Origin: Lama glama
Taxonomy: Eukaryota
Reading direction: 5' to 3'
Assembly (NCBI GenBank): GCA_028534125.1
Contig: CM052818.1
Location: 21,702,001-21,766,000 of the forward strand
Length of the DNA stretch: 64,000 nt
Shown: piece after piece, positions 11,121-27,476 of the stretch
Position numbering within the stretch: the first letter of the stretch is position 1
How the letters are laid out: every line of letters starts with the position of its first letter
Translations under genes and position numbers: made by a program
Notes under the pieces: generated by a model
Told to the model about the DNA's origin: nothing
Database searches by the model: none
What the model saw: the letters and a program-made list of their open reading frames with translations, nothing else

Positions 11121-13619
11121 CAGCTGCTGTCTCTAAAAATGATTTTTTAATCTTCACTTTACTCAGTTCTTATGATTTTTTTAATTAAATTTTTGCTCTT
11201 TTCTTAGCTCATACTTAATTGTTGTGAGGGTTTTGGGGGGATTTTCTTCTTGTTTGCTTTTAACTTTTTATCTATTAGTCCTAGACTTTTTATGTTTTAG
11301 TCTTTCAAATTATTTTTCTGTTCTTAGCATCTTACTTTAGCACTTGATTTCTGAGTGAGTAAAGAAAGAAAGAATATTTTCCTTTTATTTCATTATTACC
11401 CTTTGTGTTTGTTTGTGTATTTGCACACATGTCCTACTTTAGAAAGATAAACTTTAAAATTTTACCAGTTGGACACATTTTAAACCTTCAGATCTTTTTA
11501 CTTTGTGTTTAGGACATTTTGTCATCTTGTAGTTTTATCTTGTCTTAGTTTATAAATAGTAGGCAAGAATTACCATCAGAGTGACAGCTGTGAGGTTAGC
11601 TTATACCCTGTGCAGGAGGTTGGCTATTTTTTTCCTCCATATGTCCCTGAAGCAACTTTTCTCTTTCATAGATTACTGTCACCTAGAAACTTTAACCTGA
11701 CTCAATGACTCCAAGAAAAGGAGCTCTTTTAATAATTCTTTCACCTGATAAAATGGTCCTGCTTTCACATGTCACTGTATCAACCATTCCTTTTATGAGA
11801 AATGATGTGATCTAAAGGCTGTGGTCTGTGTCCTTTGTGGTCACTGGGACCTGGGGGAGCTGTGAAGAGACTTGTAGACAACAATGCACATTTAAGTAAG
11901 CATCCACTCAGTTCCAACTTGGTCCACTCTTATGGGAACAACAAAGTCGAAAAAGCAATTAGTCTTGTAGACAAATTAAAATATATTTGCTTAAAGTATT
12001 TAGATTAGTTAACTAAAGAATAAGAGAGCACACCCTATGTAATAGAAATGTCAGAAGGGAAGTGACCTGGCCATGACTTGTGTGTCTGTGACCCAGGCAG
12101 GACTCTATAATCTTTCTGACTGGGAAAAAGGATGGGGGGGTTCAACTTGGTGGTCTCTAAAAGTCCTCCAAGTGCTAAAATTTCATGATTTTATATTTCT
12201 ACCTTATTACTTTACCAACATATTGTCATCTATATATTTGGGACTCTCTAGACTATTAATGTATTAAGATACTTGGCTAAAATGGATAGATCTGCCTGCG
12301 TACCCTAATGGTAATGCTAGCTGGCATTGAAATGAAAGCTTAAAACACCCAGTGGTTATTGCTGGGGAAGAACTTAACCAAAAGCAATTTGGAGTACCTT
12401 ATGAATATTCTGTAAAATCTCAGTTTCCCTGAGAGTAATTCCTTTTGAGGAATTATTGTGCAAAACTCTTGAATTCTACTTCAATTTTGTTAAGTTAGTT
12501 AAAAATCCTATTGCTTTCAAGGTTGTTTTAGCTCAGATAAGCTCAGTTTATTTGGATATCTGACACAGAAGAAAGTTAATCAATAATGTAAAATAAGTTC
12601 ACGAGGGTAGGTACTGGGCCCAGCTCTATTGCCGTTAGCCCTGCATTGGCCATGGCGCTCAGTAAGAACGTGTATTTAAAAGTGGCAGAGCCCAGCTCCT
12701 GACCTACAGTGTGTTAGGAGCTACAAGGTGGTAGAAGGAGGTACTCTCTTCCTAGCTATCCCGACTCTACTTCAGAAGTTCTAATGGGAATTACAGAACA
12801 GATAAGCATAGATCTGGAAATGAAAAGTCAGCTTGTACCGCTATGTTATACTGTCAAGTTAAATTTCTAGTGGTCTTCTAAAGATTTGTGCTTTGGATGA
12901 TAGTAGGAAATTATTGATACAGACATTTTGCCTCACTGCTCTTAAAGATCACCACCAGATTTTGTAGGGAAAAAAAAAGAAAAGGAAACATGGGCTTTTA
13001 GTATTTGGATTTGAAACAATGACTCAAGCATATTAATTATATGATTGAAGTAGAGACTGAATGATTTAGACTACTGTAACAACCATTGTTGCTAATGTTA
13101 ATCTAATCCAAATCATAAAGCATCTCAAAAAATCTACAAAACTTTATGAAATTATATTTCCATTTTGTTTCGGTGATTTTTCTATTTTATTTTTGTTGTA
13201 TTTAATTTTAGATTGTAAACTCTTTTTGATATAAACAGTATTTATAGCTTAGATTCCCTACACTGTTCGTAAAGTATCATGGACACACTTGTGCAATAAA
13301 TAGTTGTCAGCTGTTGGGGGTCCTTACCAAATGCTTAGTGCTCTCTGGCACAAATCACTGTACAGTTGTCATCTTTGGCAGAAAGCTGACATTGAAAATA
13401 TTGGCTAGAATTCTTTTCCTTAAGCAAGACATGCCTGTAGAGTGTTGAACTATTGAAACTTTTTTTTTTAATTTGACAACAGCTTATTTACCTTACCTGA
13501 ATTTTAATAATTCATACGGTTTTTACATGCTCATCAGAGGTCAACCTAAGCTCTTGGCTTCTAGATACTCCTAATAAGGTAGTGAATGCTTTACTTGGCT
13601 TTCACCTATATCTCTACTC

Positions 13620-13742
13620 ATTATTATATTATATATAATATATATATAATTATATATAAATATATTTATGTAATTATGTATAAATATATAATTATATATG
13701 TTATATATAATTATATAATAATAATATATAAAATAAATATAT
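13620..13742. repeat. AT-rich low-complexity (TA)n-like tract
   Basis: ~120 nt almost entirely A/T with degenerate TATA repeats. Confidence 0.9.
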
Positions 13743-14420
13743 CTCATTATTTTTCTTCATTTTTTAAGATGAGTATATTATTTTTTCTTAAAAATGAGCT
13801 CTGTTTTATAAATCATTAATTCACCTTTTGATCTGATAAACAGTTTTGTTTGGAGGATTCCTTGTCTCCCCAGGAGAAGAAAATTATGGCTAATGAAGAT
13901 GTAAAGTAGGAAATACTTCTTACCATAACTCTCACTGTGAATAAGATACAAGTGAACATTTATTACTAATGATAATGTCTTCCTCTCTCTTTGACATTTC
14001 CCTCTTTTTAGGAGGTATTTTAGTACTTTGTAAAACTAGTAGACTTTTCCTGCTTCTCACACCTGTTGACTACTAAATATGTAAATGTACATAGGATAGC
14101 CTTTACTGCTTTCCCGTAGTATTTCTGAACACTCTCTAGCACTTCTTAGTACTTCTGCATCTTAATTTAATTAATTAAATTAATAATACAGTCATCAAGT
14201 TCCACCTTATTTTCTTTGTTTACATTTTTAAATGAGAAAGAGGAAATAATTTATTGAGCTTATAAAACAACATTTGAAGTCTGTGAAATGCATAATATTT
14301 CATGGGTATAGACCTGACATTGTAGTACTTGTATGAGAAGGAAATAAGAGTTATCTTTAGAAAGCAAAGATTTTTTTCATAGTTGAAATATCATGATCAT
14401 ACCATTAAAACTTTTTCCAG

Positions 14421-14543
14421 AATTTTCTGCCTATTAAACAAGAAAACAAAAAATCCCTTCCGGAAAACATGGATGCGTTTGAAAAAGTGAGAACAAAATT
14501 AGAAACACAGCCACAAGAAGAATACGAAATTATCAATGCAGAG
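14421..14543 (+). CDS. PREPL: PREPL coding exon 2; contains the short-isoform ATG at 14469
   Basis: ttttccag|[47 protein letters not shown]|gtaaga; 123 nt. Confidence 0.96.
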
Positions 14544-15899
14544 GTAAGATATCTCATGTCTTCTCTTTTTTTATCTGATATTACCAGTTGGGATAAAAAT
14601 GAAATACCTTGTGATTTATAAACATAATCCTGCATCAGAATTAGACTGCTTTTAGCGTTTAAATTATGCTGAAAAACTTCAAGAACAAAGAATAAGTTGA
14701 GTCTGATCCATAAAATAAATTATAAAGATCAAAACCAAGGTGAATTTCCAAGCGTATTATGTTAATTCTGGTTTTTGGAAACAACCAGTTCTGTTTTTAA
14801 ATCATTCCAAGGAGAAATTCAAATGAAACTAAGTCATAATGCTTTATTATTTGAAAAGTATTTGATTGCTCTATCTACACTTCTTTTAATCAAAGAAAAT
14901 TCACTTTACATAGTGTAATACCATGAAAACCAAGTATTTGCTTGACCGTTTTGTGTTCACCACAATCATAACTATTCAATTAAAACAGACTGAGCATGCA
15001 TGTTGAAAACTTTTGGATAAGATTGGAAAACAGAACTATAGCTATGAGTGAAAACTGCATACACAATAGAATGGAAATAACAATAGATTAAGAATCAGAA
15101 ATTCCAGAGTCAAATTATGCCACCTACTAGCAGGTAATAAATGCGTCTTAAGCTACTTGAAACCATATCATTCCACTGCATTTAATATGTAGGTATTAGA
15201 CTAGAGCACAATTTATATATTGGTAGTAGTCTCTCAGTCTCAAATTGTCTGTATCTGTTTCCCTCACAGAGGATAAGATGCTTTGTGTAAAACCAAAGCA
15301 AACCATGAACAGTTGGCAGCAACAGCATGTTAGAGGAAAGAATCCCAGAAAGTTATTGACTGGATTTTCAGACTAGTCTAAGTCACAGTTTCCACATCTG
15401 CATCAGTTTGGATTATCTTAAAGATGCCACTTGATCTCTCTTAATTGTCAGAAGTTCTGTTCCCAAAATAAAGTGATTTGTATAGTTGCAAGAACTAACA
15501 TAGATTTCGTTATGCATTTTCTTTGTTGCCTCTTACATTTATGTATTAGAAATTCCTCCAGTGTTTGTAAACATAGAAAACTATATCTTAATCACAGTGT
15601 TGTAAGAAGTGATCCATTTTATATTTTTTATGTGTTCATTCATAAACTTGAACAGGTCTGCTTTTTATGAAAGATCTCATTTCTTCATCGTGAATAGTCA
15701 GACCATTAAATACTTGATTAAATTATGTTTAAGTTATTAAATAACTTTTTTTCTAGTTTTATTATGTAGAATTATTACAGTTCAACTGCACATACACATT
15801 ATATTGCATATAAATACATATAAACAGTGTACTGCACTTTTTTAGTTTTTATATATGTATTGATTATTGTGTAAAATCATTGAATAACTTATTAAATAA

Positions 15900-16010
<111 letters not shown>

Positions 16011-16489
16011 TAAAGAAACATCTAATTTTTCATAGGAAATTCAGTATTTATTTTTCTAAGGTATAGAAAATACTTGTTTTAGATTTCTGATTTTTTTTTA
16101 TGACTAATTTTAAATATCTGGGTTTGCTTAAGATATAACTAACAGCTACACTCAAAAGCTTTGGCAGAGAGAATGGAGTTGGAAACCAGCATTTTTTGAG
16201 CATCTACCAAATCCCAGATTCTGTGCTAGGCACTACATAGATTATTCAGTGTCACTTACATTCTGTTGCTTTTTTAGGTTCTATATGGTTTAGAAGTACT
16301 AGACTATAACTGTATCAAGTACCATCACGTAGGTTGATGCATAGAATAATATTGAATAGCATAGAATAATATTAAATTACCAATGCTGGTTTCTGTAACA
16401 CATTAAGCTGCTGTCAATGCTAAAAAAAGACAGAATATGACATCTTACAGAAGGGGAATGCTAATTTGAAACATTGAAATACAATTTAA

Positions 16490-16840
<351 letters not shown>

Positions 16841-17213
16841 TGAGTGAATGAGAGGATGAATGCCTGTCTGTTTATCCCTGTGGACTCCATGCCTTCCTCT
16901 ACCTCTTATTCAGGAGACTTTCCCTTCTTTAGTTGTATATCCAAATTCATGTTCATATTTTTTGAAGTATTATAATCAAGCCCAGGCTGTACAGTGTATG
17001 TTAAAATACATCAGTAGTTCCTTGCTAACTTATTATTTAGAATATAGTTTTGCATATAAGCTGTATCTCAAAATTTTATTCAGCCTTAAGCTTAGGTATG
17101 ATTTTTTAAATTTCACATCATGTTGTCGAGCCATTACAGCAGATTGCTCAAGGTCACTACCAAGGAACTCTGGAACATATTGAACTAACTTATTCATCAA
17201 TAAAAGTCGTGAT

Positions 17214-17327
17214 GAGGGGAGGGTATAGCTCAAGTGGCAGAGCACGTGCTTAGCATGCACCAGGTCCTGAGTTCAATCCCAGGTACCTCCTCTAAAAATA
17301 AATAAACCTAAAAAAAATAAATAAATA
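17214..17327 (+). mobile_element. tRNA-derived SINE (Vic-1-like)
   Basis: A and B boxes, A-rich tail; TSD aataaaagt(c/t)gtgat at 17199-17213 and 17328-17342. Confidence 0.93.
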
Positions 17328-18121
17328 AATAAAAGTTGTGATATTTTTACCAGTAGAACCAACTTTAAATTTTATCATTTACCATTGAGTGACACATATG
17401 TTTATACTTTATCCCCTCTTTTCATTTTCTGCCATAAATTTCCCCATTGTTTAATAACTGAAGGCTTTTGCAATGAATTGAAATTACACCCTGTCTTAAT
17501 GATTCTTAAGACATACCTCTTGTACATTTTAACCTCTCTAAAATCAGGATGCATATTATACAATGATGTCTTATAGTCCTTGTCAGCCAGGTGGCAGTCA
17601 TGACGTAATTGGTGAAAATTTCCGTTGACAACTGCTGGTAAGATGCTGGCAAGAAAACACCAGCATTAAAGTATATTTGGTAATTTGAGATATCCTGTGG
17701 CTTGAAAACAGAAAACATTTAGGCATGAGGGAAAGTGACCCAGTATTTCCTCAGACTTAAAGTTAGAGGTTGTAGATTTAAACATAATTTAGCTCCTGAA
17801 AGCAAATGTGACTTTACTGAAGTCTTTTCCTAAATGTTGAATATTCAGCTCTTATTTGGAAACTTGAGTACCCTGAGACGGATAACCACTTGAAAACTTA
17901 GAACTGATAAAGTAGTTAGTAGATATTTCTTTGGAAATATCTCTCTTATAAATAACAGGGTTAGATATAATCAATCCTATGTTAGATTTAGATTTCCAAG
18001 GATAAACTTGCATCCGTCTTCTATTTGGCACTCAAAATTAGAATGTACTCTGCCTCTGTTTTGTTGTGTTTTTTTCCGTAAGGAGTTAGCTATGTATAAT
18101 TCCCTAATTATTTTCTTTCAG

Positions 18122-18257
18122 AATGGGTAAAGGATGAAGAAGATGAAGATGTTTTATTCTACACCTTCCAGAGGAATCTTCGCTGTCATGATGTATATCG
18201 AGCCACTTTTGGTGATAACAAACGTAATGAACGTTTTTACACAGAAAAAGACCCAAG
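18122..18257 (+). CDS. PREPL: PREPL coding exon 5
   Basis: tttcag|AA; (E)[46 protein letters not shown]|gtactg; 136 nt. Confidence 0.96.
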
Positions 18258-19573
18258 GTACTGGAACAATGCAATTAACTCTTTTTCTTCTTAGATTTCT
18301 GTAGTTATCTAAAGTGCTGCTCTTGGTAGGACCTAAAACATGATTTCGACTGGAATCAGATATAAGGCTAAGATGAGCATAATCATTGTTTTATAAGTTA
18401 TTTACATTCAAAATTGGAGTCTAGTTATATTCAAACTTCAGAGTGAACACAAAAATATCATTAGACTACAAATGCTGAATTACTAACATTCTTTCTGGAC
18501 TATGACACATGAGAGGAGTTGTTAATTAAACATTTAATAGGGTTGCCATTCAGCTGTTAAGACTCTCTTGTAAGTCATACCTGGAATAACCATGGTGTCA
18601 GTTACCCAGAATTCACTCTTCCACTTGTATAGATTATCTGAATTTTAAATTGCTTTGCTTTGAGCTATGAAAATATGTTGGTCTTTAAGTTTTACTTTCC
18701 CCAGTACTTTGGGAATTCCTCCTCAAAGCTAATTCTTTTTACTCCAGGGCTCATGCCTAATACTACCACTTAACCAGGCTTGGGAGGAAATGGTAGTAAA
18801 TTTATCTGGCAAAATCCCTGAACTCTTACCCAGATACACTTTTCCAAATGATGTATGAGAAACAAATTATGTCTTAATACCAGGGTACTGTCCACGTACA
18901 TCAATTAACTATATACTTTGGACAATGTCTGAACAGATTTTGAAAGGGAAAAAAAATGAGCTTTAACACCAAATCTATTACAGTTAAATTGATAGCCAGA
19001 ACAAGAAAATTAACCCGTAACTTAATGAATTCTCAGAGCTGACAAGGACCTTAAAGAAAATCTGGTACAACCCTTGGTTTATATAAAAAACTTAAGGTCT
19101 GGAGAAATTGTATTATTCCAGTCCATAGAACAACAGTCTTGGTCCAGTAATGCTGTCATTGCTTTTTTTCTGATGACTGTTTTAATGAGAAATTACTAGA
19201 ACTAGTTATTCATATGATTCCACCATTACATGTCTCATTTGTCAAGAATATCTTTTGAAGATGACAGTTTAAGCTGATAATTTATTATACTATATCAATG
19301 ACTTATGATTATGAATCATTTTCCATCTTGTGAATAAAACTCAAAATTAACCTAGGGAGCTATACCCTTAAATAAGGTACTTGGTTGCCATATCTTGGTT
19401 ACTGTCCTAAGTTCTAAGGTTAAGTGAGTTATCATACATACAGTTAAGATTCTTGGTAAGTTTGGCTTGTAGCATGCTTTTTCTGCCCCATAAAGAATTA
19501 ACCATAATTAAGTATGCTTAAACCTAATTTGGCATCTGATCTACAGCATAAACTAGTTTGTGGATTCTGAATA

Positions 19574-19775
19574 GAGTTGATCCTTGAACAACTAGGAGTT
19601 AGTTAAGGGCACTGACCCCTGTGTAGTGACCCCACATATAACTTTACAGTTGGACCTCTGTATTCACTCTTCAACCAACCACAGATGGTGTAGTACTGTG
19701 GTTTGTATTTATTGAGAAAAATCTGTGTGTAAGTGGACCCTACAGTTCAAACTCATGTTGTTCAAGGGTCAATCA
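19574..19775. mobile_element. Tigger2-type (TcMar) MITE
   Basis: Terminal inverted repeats gagttgatccttgaacaac ... gttgttcaagggtcaatca, flanked by TA on both sides. Confidence 0.85.
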
Positions 19776-19914
19776 TACCCGAAGTAGCATACCTGAACAG
19801 AAAATGGAATAAAGGTCTTTGTAGAACTTCTAAAACCGAGCTGCTTTTTACTGTGTTGATTTTGATCTCCAGGTTTTGGTTTTCTGTTCTCACAAGTAAG
19901 TTTTGCCAAATGAC

Positions 19915-21010
19915 TTTATAACTTCTATCTTTTTCTGGTTCCTTATGGTGTAAAGTTTGATTATTTATTTGAGACTTTTCTTTTTTCTTAATGTAGGCGT
20001 TTATTGCTATAAACTTCTCTCTTTTGCTGCATCCCATAGGTTTTGGTATGTTGTATTTCCATTTTCATTTATTTCAAGATTTTTTTTTTCATTTCCCTTT
20101 TGACTTTTTCTTTGACCCTTTCTTTGTTTCGGAATATTTTGTGTAATTTCCATGTAGTTGTGAATTTTCCAGTTTTCTTCCTTTTAAGACTTAATTTGTG
20201 ACCTAACATATGATCTGTCCTAGAGAATGTTCCATGTGCACTTAAGAAGAATGTTTTTGGGGTTTTGGGGGGTTTTTTTTTGGTTTTTGGTTTTTTTGCT
20301 GCTGTTGGATAGAGTGTTCTGTATATGTCCATTAGGTCCATTTGTACTATAGTATAGTTGAAGTCCAAGGTTTCCTCACTGATTTTCTGTCTGGATGATC
20401 TATCTGTTGTTGAAAGTGGGATATTAAAGTCCCCTATGATTGTTATGTTTTCTATTTTCCCTTCAGATCTATTAATACTTGCGTAACATATTTTGGTGTT
20501 CTGATGTTGAGTGCATGTATATTTGTGATTGTTATATTCTCTTGATGAATTGACACCTTTATCATTATATAGTGGCCTTTCTCTTATTACAGCTTTTGAG
20601 CTAAGATCTATTTTGTCAGTTACAAGAACAGCTACCCTTGCTCCCTTTTGGTTCCACTTGCATGAAATGTCTATTTTCATCCCTTCATTTTGAGCCTATG
20701 TGTGTCTGTGAAGTTGAAATGAATGTCTTATTATAAGCAGAATATAGTTGGCTCTTTTTTTATCCATTCAGCCACTTCATGCCTTTTGATTGAAGAATTT
20801 AATTCATTTACATTTAGAGTAATTTTTAATAGGTAAAGACTTACTAATGTCATCTTATTCGTGTGTTCTAGCTGTTTTGTAGTTCCCATGTTCCTTTCTT
20901 ACTGTTTTCCTTAGTGAATTGATGATTTTCCATAGTGATGTAGTTTGATTCCCTTCTCTTTATCTTTTGTGTATCTACTGTAGGTTTTTGCTTGGTAGTT
21001 ACCATGACCT
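19915..21010 (-). mobile_element. Decayed L1 fragment covering the ORF2 endonuclease region
   Basis: Minus-strand ORFs contain IIGDFNIPLS, AHGTFSRTDHMLGHK and KFIAINAYIKK, with frameshifts. Confidence 0.9.
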
Positions 21011-23062
21011 GTCTTCTCTTTCTAATAAAACTGTTACTTATAGAGCTGCTTGTGTTCTTACTTCCCTGTAACGACATATCTGCAGTTCAAATAATTGATT
21101 AATTTATCTTTTGATTACCTGTGTCATCATCACACATAAATAAGTAGATAAAAATAGCAAAGGAAGTGTTGAAATAAAGAGCAGAGTAGGGAAGGGGACT
21201 TGCCATACAATGATATGTTAAAACAGTTAAAATAATACAAATTGACAGACAAATAAAAGAGACCTGAATAAATAACTCTAAAACAGACCCTATGATGTAT
21301 AAAAACTTATAAAAGAGGTATTATAAACTAGTGGAAAGTGAATGGGTATATATTTTAATGTGAGAAATTCTGAATATTTGGACAAAAGTAATTTTCATCA
21401 ACTTCATATATCAGCATATATTACTAAAAGATTTAAAGGATCTGTTGGTAAAATAATAAAAACATCAAAAAAAAAAAAAAAAAAACCTAAAACCTAGGTG
21501 AAAATATAAGCATTTCACTCAATTGGTTGAAATATTTCCAGAGTATAAAATCAATAGAAGAAATTACAAAGGTTAATGCCAGTATTCTTGATTACCTAAA
21601 ATATCAAAACTCTTATGTCAGAAAGTATTGTAAGCAAATAAATTAAAATCCATGTGACAAAATGGGGAAAGTAGTTTCAATAAAAGGAAAAGTTAATGTC
21701 TTTAATTTATAAAGAGATGGTTATAGATCAGTAATTGAAACTACATCACCAAGTTTAAAATAGACACTGACGTGTTACAGAAGAAATAAAATTGACAGTC
21801 ATGGTATGTAATCCATGGTAAGATAGGAGGAATTTACCAAAGCATTAACCATGCTTATCTCTGGATGGTGGAATTTAGGGTTATCATCCTTTATATTTTT
21901 CAGTATTTTCAGCATGAATTTCTTTTGTAAGAAAGAAACTTGTAGACATAACATTTAAAGGCATCTGGTGTATCAATATGACTTAGTATTATGCTCTTGG
22001 AATATTTGATTATATTTATCTAGAGTTGTAAAAATACTCTTAATCATTAAAATAGTATTTCTATTACTAAATTTATCCTAAAGAAGTAATTATAAAAGTT
22101 AGGGAAACTATCTTCATGATATGTTTCCTTTTCTATTTATTGCAATGAAACATAATCTAAATTTTTAAGAATTATGATAATTCAACTTGATAGAATATTA
22201 GGTAGCCATGAAAAATAATGATTATAAAGACTGTGTAACTAATGCGCAGGGAGATGATGGTATTATGTGAAGTAAGAAATGCAGAATCCAAAATTGCATC
22301 TATATTTTATCTATTTAAAGACATATATAAAATACAAATAAGCCTTAGAAGGAAAAACAGAAAAATTAAAATAGTTAATTTTCAATATGTTTTAGGTTAG
22401 TGCGATTGTGAGGGGTTTTCTTCCTAACTGTTGTTTTGTTGTAAAAACTAAGAGTAGGAAAACAGGATATCTAACATACAGAGAGGAAAAATGAAACTGT
22501 GTCCCTTTTCTTCCCTATAATTATGTATCTCCTCTAGGAAGTTTATTTCCTCTTCTCAGCAAAAAGCCCTATAATCTATTAATGTGGTTAATTGAGAGTC
22601 AGATGTTGTCAGTAACTTACATTGAAAAGCATTTTTTAAAAAATATATTGGTCCCCTGAGTCCAACTGTACCCTGAATTGTATGGTATATAAAATTTGTT
22701 ACTTTGAAATTCTTTTAAAATATGGAGAGAATAAATCAGCACTATATCTGCCAGTCATAGATAATAAATGTATTACTTTGCAAAAAAAGAAGTATTGATG
22801 CACGTATAGATATATGATAAAATGTAGCAAAATGTCAGTGATTGAATCTCGGTGGTGGGTATATGGGTATTTACCTTACATTTCTTTTAACTTTTCTGTA
22901 TGTTTGAAAAATATTCATTATAAAATGTTAGCGAAAAAATTGTTTTGAATGACTTTGGGGAGGAAATGAGAAAAATAATAGCCAGTTTTTGTAAGCAGTA
23001 TTCACTAAGGAGTTGTTTTTATTTTGTCTGCATTACAAATTAACATGTATACTGAACAGTGA

Positions 23063-23446
<384 letters not shown>

Positions 23447-23903
23447 TAATTGTTTTTGTAGGCGTTGAGTAAAGTGTAAAAATTGATGCTACCTTCCTAT
23501 GCATGAACAATCCCATTTCTCTTCCCTTAGAGCTAATTCCTGTTCATATTTTAATTGTACCTAAAAAGGTTAGTAAATGAAAGCATAGTCTATTGTGTAT
23601 GTATCAGTTATCAAAGCCAAACTTAGTGGCTTAACAAACTTTTATAAACTCATAATTTTGTGAGTCAGGATTAAGCTCAGTTAGGCAGTTAGTGCTTCTG
23701 CAGGTCTTGGTTAGGCTCACTGATGGTTCCACAGTCATCTGGCTGTCAGCACTCTCACTCAGATGTCCACTGGTTGACTGTCAGCTAAGCACTGGGCCAT
23801 ACCCACCCCACAGGCTAGCCTGGGCTTATTCATACAGTAATATTCACACTTCAGTCCTGGTGCAGAGTTAGTTCCTTCAGCTCTTCATAAAACTGAAGGC
23901 TAG

Positions 23904-24197
<294 letters not shown>

Positions 24198-27142
24198 TAA
24201 TACTGTTAATCACAATACATGCAATTTATTAACAGAACACCAAATTTTGAATAATCACAGTGTCCTTTTTCTTTAAAGGAAATAAATTCAAATGGAATTT
24301 AGCATATTGGGTCTTAATCAGGTTTAGTAGGTTTATTTTAGAATTACTTAGGGGACCTTGCTTTTAATGCACTTTTAGTTAAAGATACTGTCTTATAGCA
24401 TGAACTTCAGAAGTCAAGTTAAGTGCTATTATATTCCTCTCTCTACATAACTATGTATCACAGATCTCTACAACTTCAGATGTAGTAATAACTCAGGCCC
24501 ACTTGGCAGCTAGTGTCTAAGTACTGCCTCCTGTTCTCGTCCCACACCTTCTTTAGGGATAGTAGTCATGCCGCTGTGTTTCTGCCGCTGCATCTTGTGC
24601 CTGCATCATCTCTGCCAGTTTTCTCACCTGCAGGAAGTGGGTGAACTTTAGTTCTTTCAACAATGAGGTAGCAGAGTTCACCACAGCACAGCTGTAAGGT
24701 TGGCACATCTCCCCAGCAGGCTGACTCACTGATATTGCTGGTGGCTGCCAGGAAAGATAATCTGCCTCCAGAAGTGAACTTGCTAAAATTGGTGAATGGT
24801 AACATTATTGCCCAGTTTTAAAGCAGCATTAACGAGTGAGTTAAGATAACAGGCACTGGAGGGAAAAAGAGAGGCCTCTGTTTCACTTGATGTATTAAGA
24901 GTTATGGAGACAATTAACCAGCAAACATAGACCACATATACCTCCCTAACTGCAGTATTATCACAATTTTTGTTAAAATGCAGTTCCAGTAAATCACTGA
25001 ATGTTCACTGAATTTCTTTGTTCAGAGTTCTGTATTGAACACTCTGGAATGAAAAGATAGCAGGACAAAATATCTGGCGTTAAGGAGAATAGTTTATCAT
25101 GAGATTAGACTAATACACAAAGAATAGGTATAAGGTGGGTTTAAATAGTGGTATCAAAAACATAAAATGTGCTGTGGGGCCCAAAGGAAAGGAAGAGGGC
25201 ACAGGAAAGCTTTGGGGGGAGTAGAATTTGAGATAAACCAAAGAGGATAGATAGGATTTTGATGTGTAGGGAGGGGAATAGTATGAGAAACTTCATCAAG
25301 TGAAGCCCTAAACTGGAAAAGTTCAGAAAATATTCAGGAAACTGTTAATAATTCATTTTTATGGAAGCAGAATAAATTTCTAGAGGATGAAGCTATGATT
25401 TGATATGTTTTAACTGTCAGGGTGATGAATTTATGCATAAATTATGAAGAGCAGAACATTTGAAGTTTGGGGGCAGGGGAATAATTTGAGGAGTCAAGCT
25501 ATACTTCACAAGGTTATCTGGCAGCCATGGTAGAGTACGTCAAAGCACTAGGAAGTAAGGGACGAGGAGATTAGTTTTGACGTTATTACAGTGGTGTAAG
25601 TAAGAAATAATGAAGGCCTAAATGAAACAACCAAATTTTTCCTTCTGCTTCATGAAATCAAATTTTGAAATACAATGTCTGGTGCATTAGAAGGCTGTTT
25701 AGGTGTCCTAAAACAAAAATGATGATTTTAACTCTAGCAGTTTTCTTCTTGCCTTCATCTACTAGACTCAAAGTGTGTCGTTTCACTTGCTAATTGATGC
25801 CAAATTCAGGCATCTCAATCCAGAAACTGGCAGAGCATCTATTTTTATTGCAGTCTATAATAAGAATAGGGCTGGGAGAAAATATTTAATTTTTAGCAAT
25901 GCATTTATTATAATAAAATTCTGTCAAAATTAGGAATGTCATGAGTTTGCTGTAAGATTTAACTTCTAAGTAAATATGACCTTTTATATTTTTGTAAGTA
26001 TTGTGTATTTTAATGATAAACCTCAGTTTCCATGGTTTTAAGTTTCATTAGAACAAAATCATATTTTCATTTACTCCTCTATTTCTGTATCCTCTATTTC
26101 TTTATTTGACCTTTTCCAACCTGTAGTGGCTGTTACGATGTTCCAAGTATGATGTTCTGAGTCATCATCACATAGAATAATCAGATACTACATTATAGAC
26201 CAGGTGCTACTTATAGAGAATTTTATACATCAGAGCCTTTCTATGAACTGGGTAACACTGATTAATACGCACAGACAATGCCATATACAGAGGACAAAAT
26301 CATTAAGCCATACTGTGAGTGGATTTTAAAGTATTTCTGTATGTAACATCTCTGCCCAGGGAGCACTTGACTGACTAAAAGAACTTTGTAAACTCAAACT
26401 CAGCAGTAAAAATGTAAATCCCTTAATATACTTGCCTCCTATCCTTGGTCATCATGTCATCAGTATTTCCTAGTCATGTTTTTTTTTCTTCGTGAAAAGA
26501 AGTTATGACATTTTAATTGGTTATGATATTTAAGCAAATTGGGAACTATGTTGTTTTATGCTAATAGCATCAATTCATTTAGAGGAGTCTACATGACTAG
26601 GCCAATAATGCTTGAGCTAAACCTGTTTCAAATATCTAAGAAATAGCTGCCTATTACCTGGCCAATTTATAATTTTGCTCAGGTGCTGTCCATTAATATA
26701 TATAGATGATACTGTAGGCTTATCTCAATAGGAAAGGTAGCTTAAGGTATCTTTGAGTTAGTTAATACCTAGTTCTGTATCAGCAGGAAAAACTTTAAAA
26801 AGTCCATAGCTTTGGATCAGTTTTTTTTTATAATTAAAACTTTAACCTCACTCCCATTAGTTTAAGAAATACATCCAAAAGACTTTCTGATTTATTGGAA
26901 CCATTTAGTCAGAAACTAAGCTTACTGCATGAGTCACATGGAAACTGTTTTAAGGGAGAGAAAAAGTTGTGCTCCTGTGGGCTGAGGAGCCTTATGCCCT
27001 CAGACTGAACATCTTGTAAGGTTAGTAGCAATGCTTTTTCCGTTTTTTCTCAATAAGGTCTCAGTTTACTCATTTCATTTATGCTACCAGATTTCCCAAC
27101 TTTCTTCATTATACTTTTCTTTCCAATTATGGCTTGTATTTA

Positions 27143-27476
27143 TTTATATATATTTTTTGTTTTGTTTTGATTTTATATAATTTTTAAAGGTTACCTTCCA
27201 TTTACAGTTATAACAGAATATTGGCTATATTCCCCATGTTGTACAATACATCCTTGTGTCCGTCTTATACTTAATACTTTGTACCTCCTGCTCCCCATCC
27301 CATGTTGTCCCTCCAGCCTCTCCTGACTGGTAGCACTAGTTTATTCTCTATACCTGTGAGTCTGCGTTGTTGTTGTTATATTCACTAGTTTATTGTATTT
27401 TTTAGATTCCACATATAAGTGATATCATACAGTATTTGTCTTTCTCTTTCTGACTTACTTCACTTAGTATATATAA
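27143..27476 (-). mobile_element. Short 5'-truncated L1 3' end
   Basis: Antisense L1 3' UTR with T-rich tail; perfect 15-nt TSD tatggcttgtattta at 27128-27142 and 27477-27491. Confidence 0.9.

Noticed and set aside
20069..20680. 203-aa minus-strand ORF with nuclease-like motifs
   Set aside because: Decayed L1 endonuclease region drifting in and out of frame.
24634..24667. Possible 34-nt poison exon in a PREPL intron (ctcacctgcag|GAAG...GAG|gtagca)
   Set aside because: The acceptor is plausible but the donor is weak, and there is no independent support from sequence alone.
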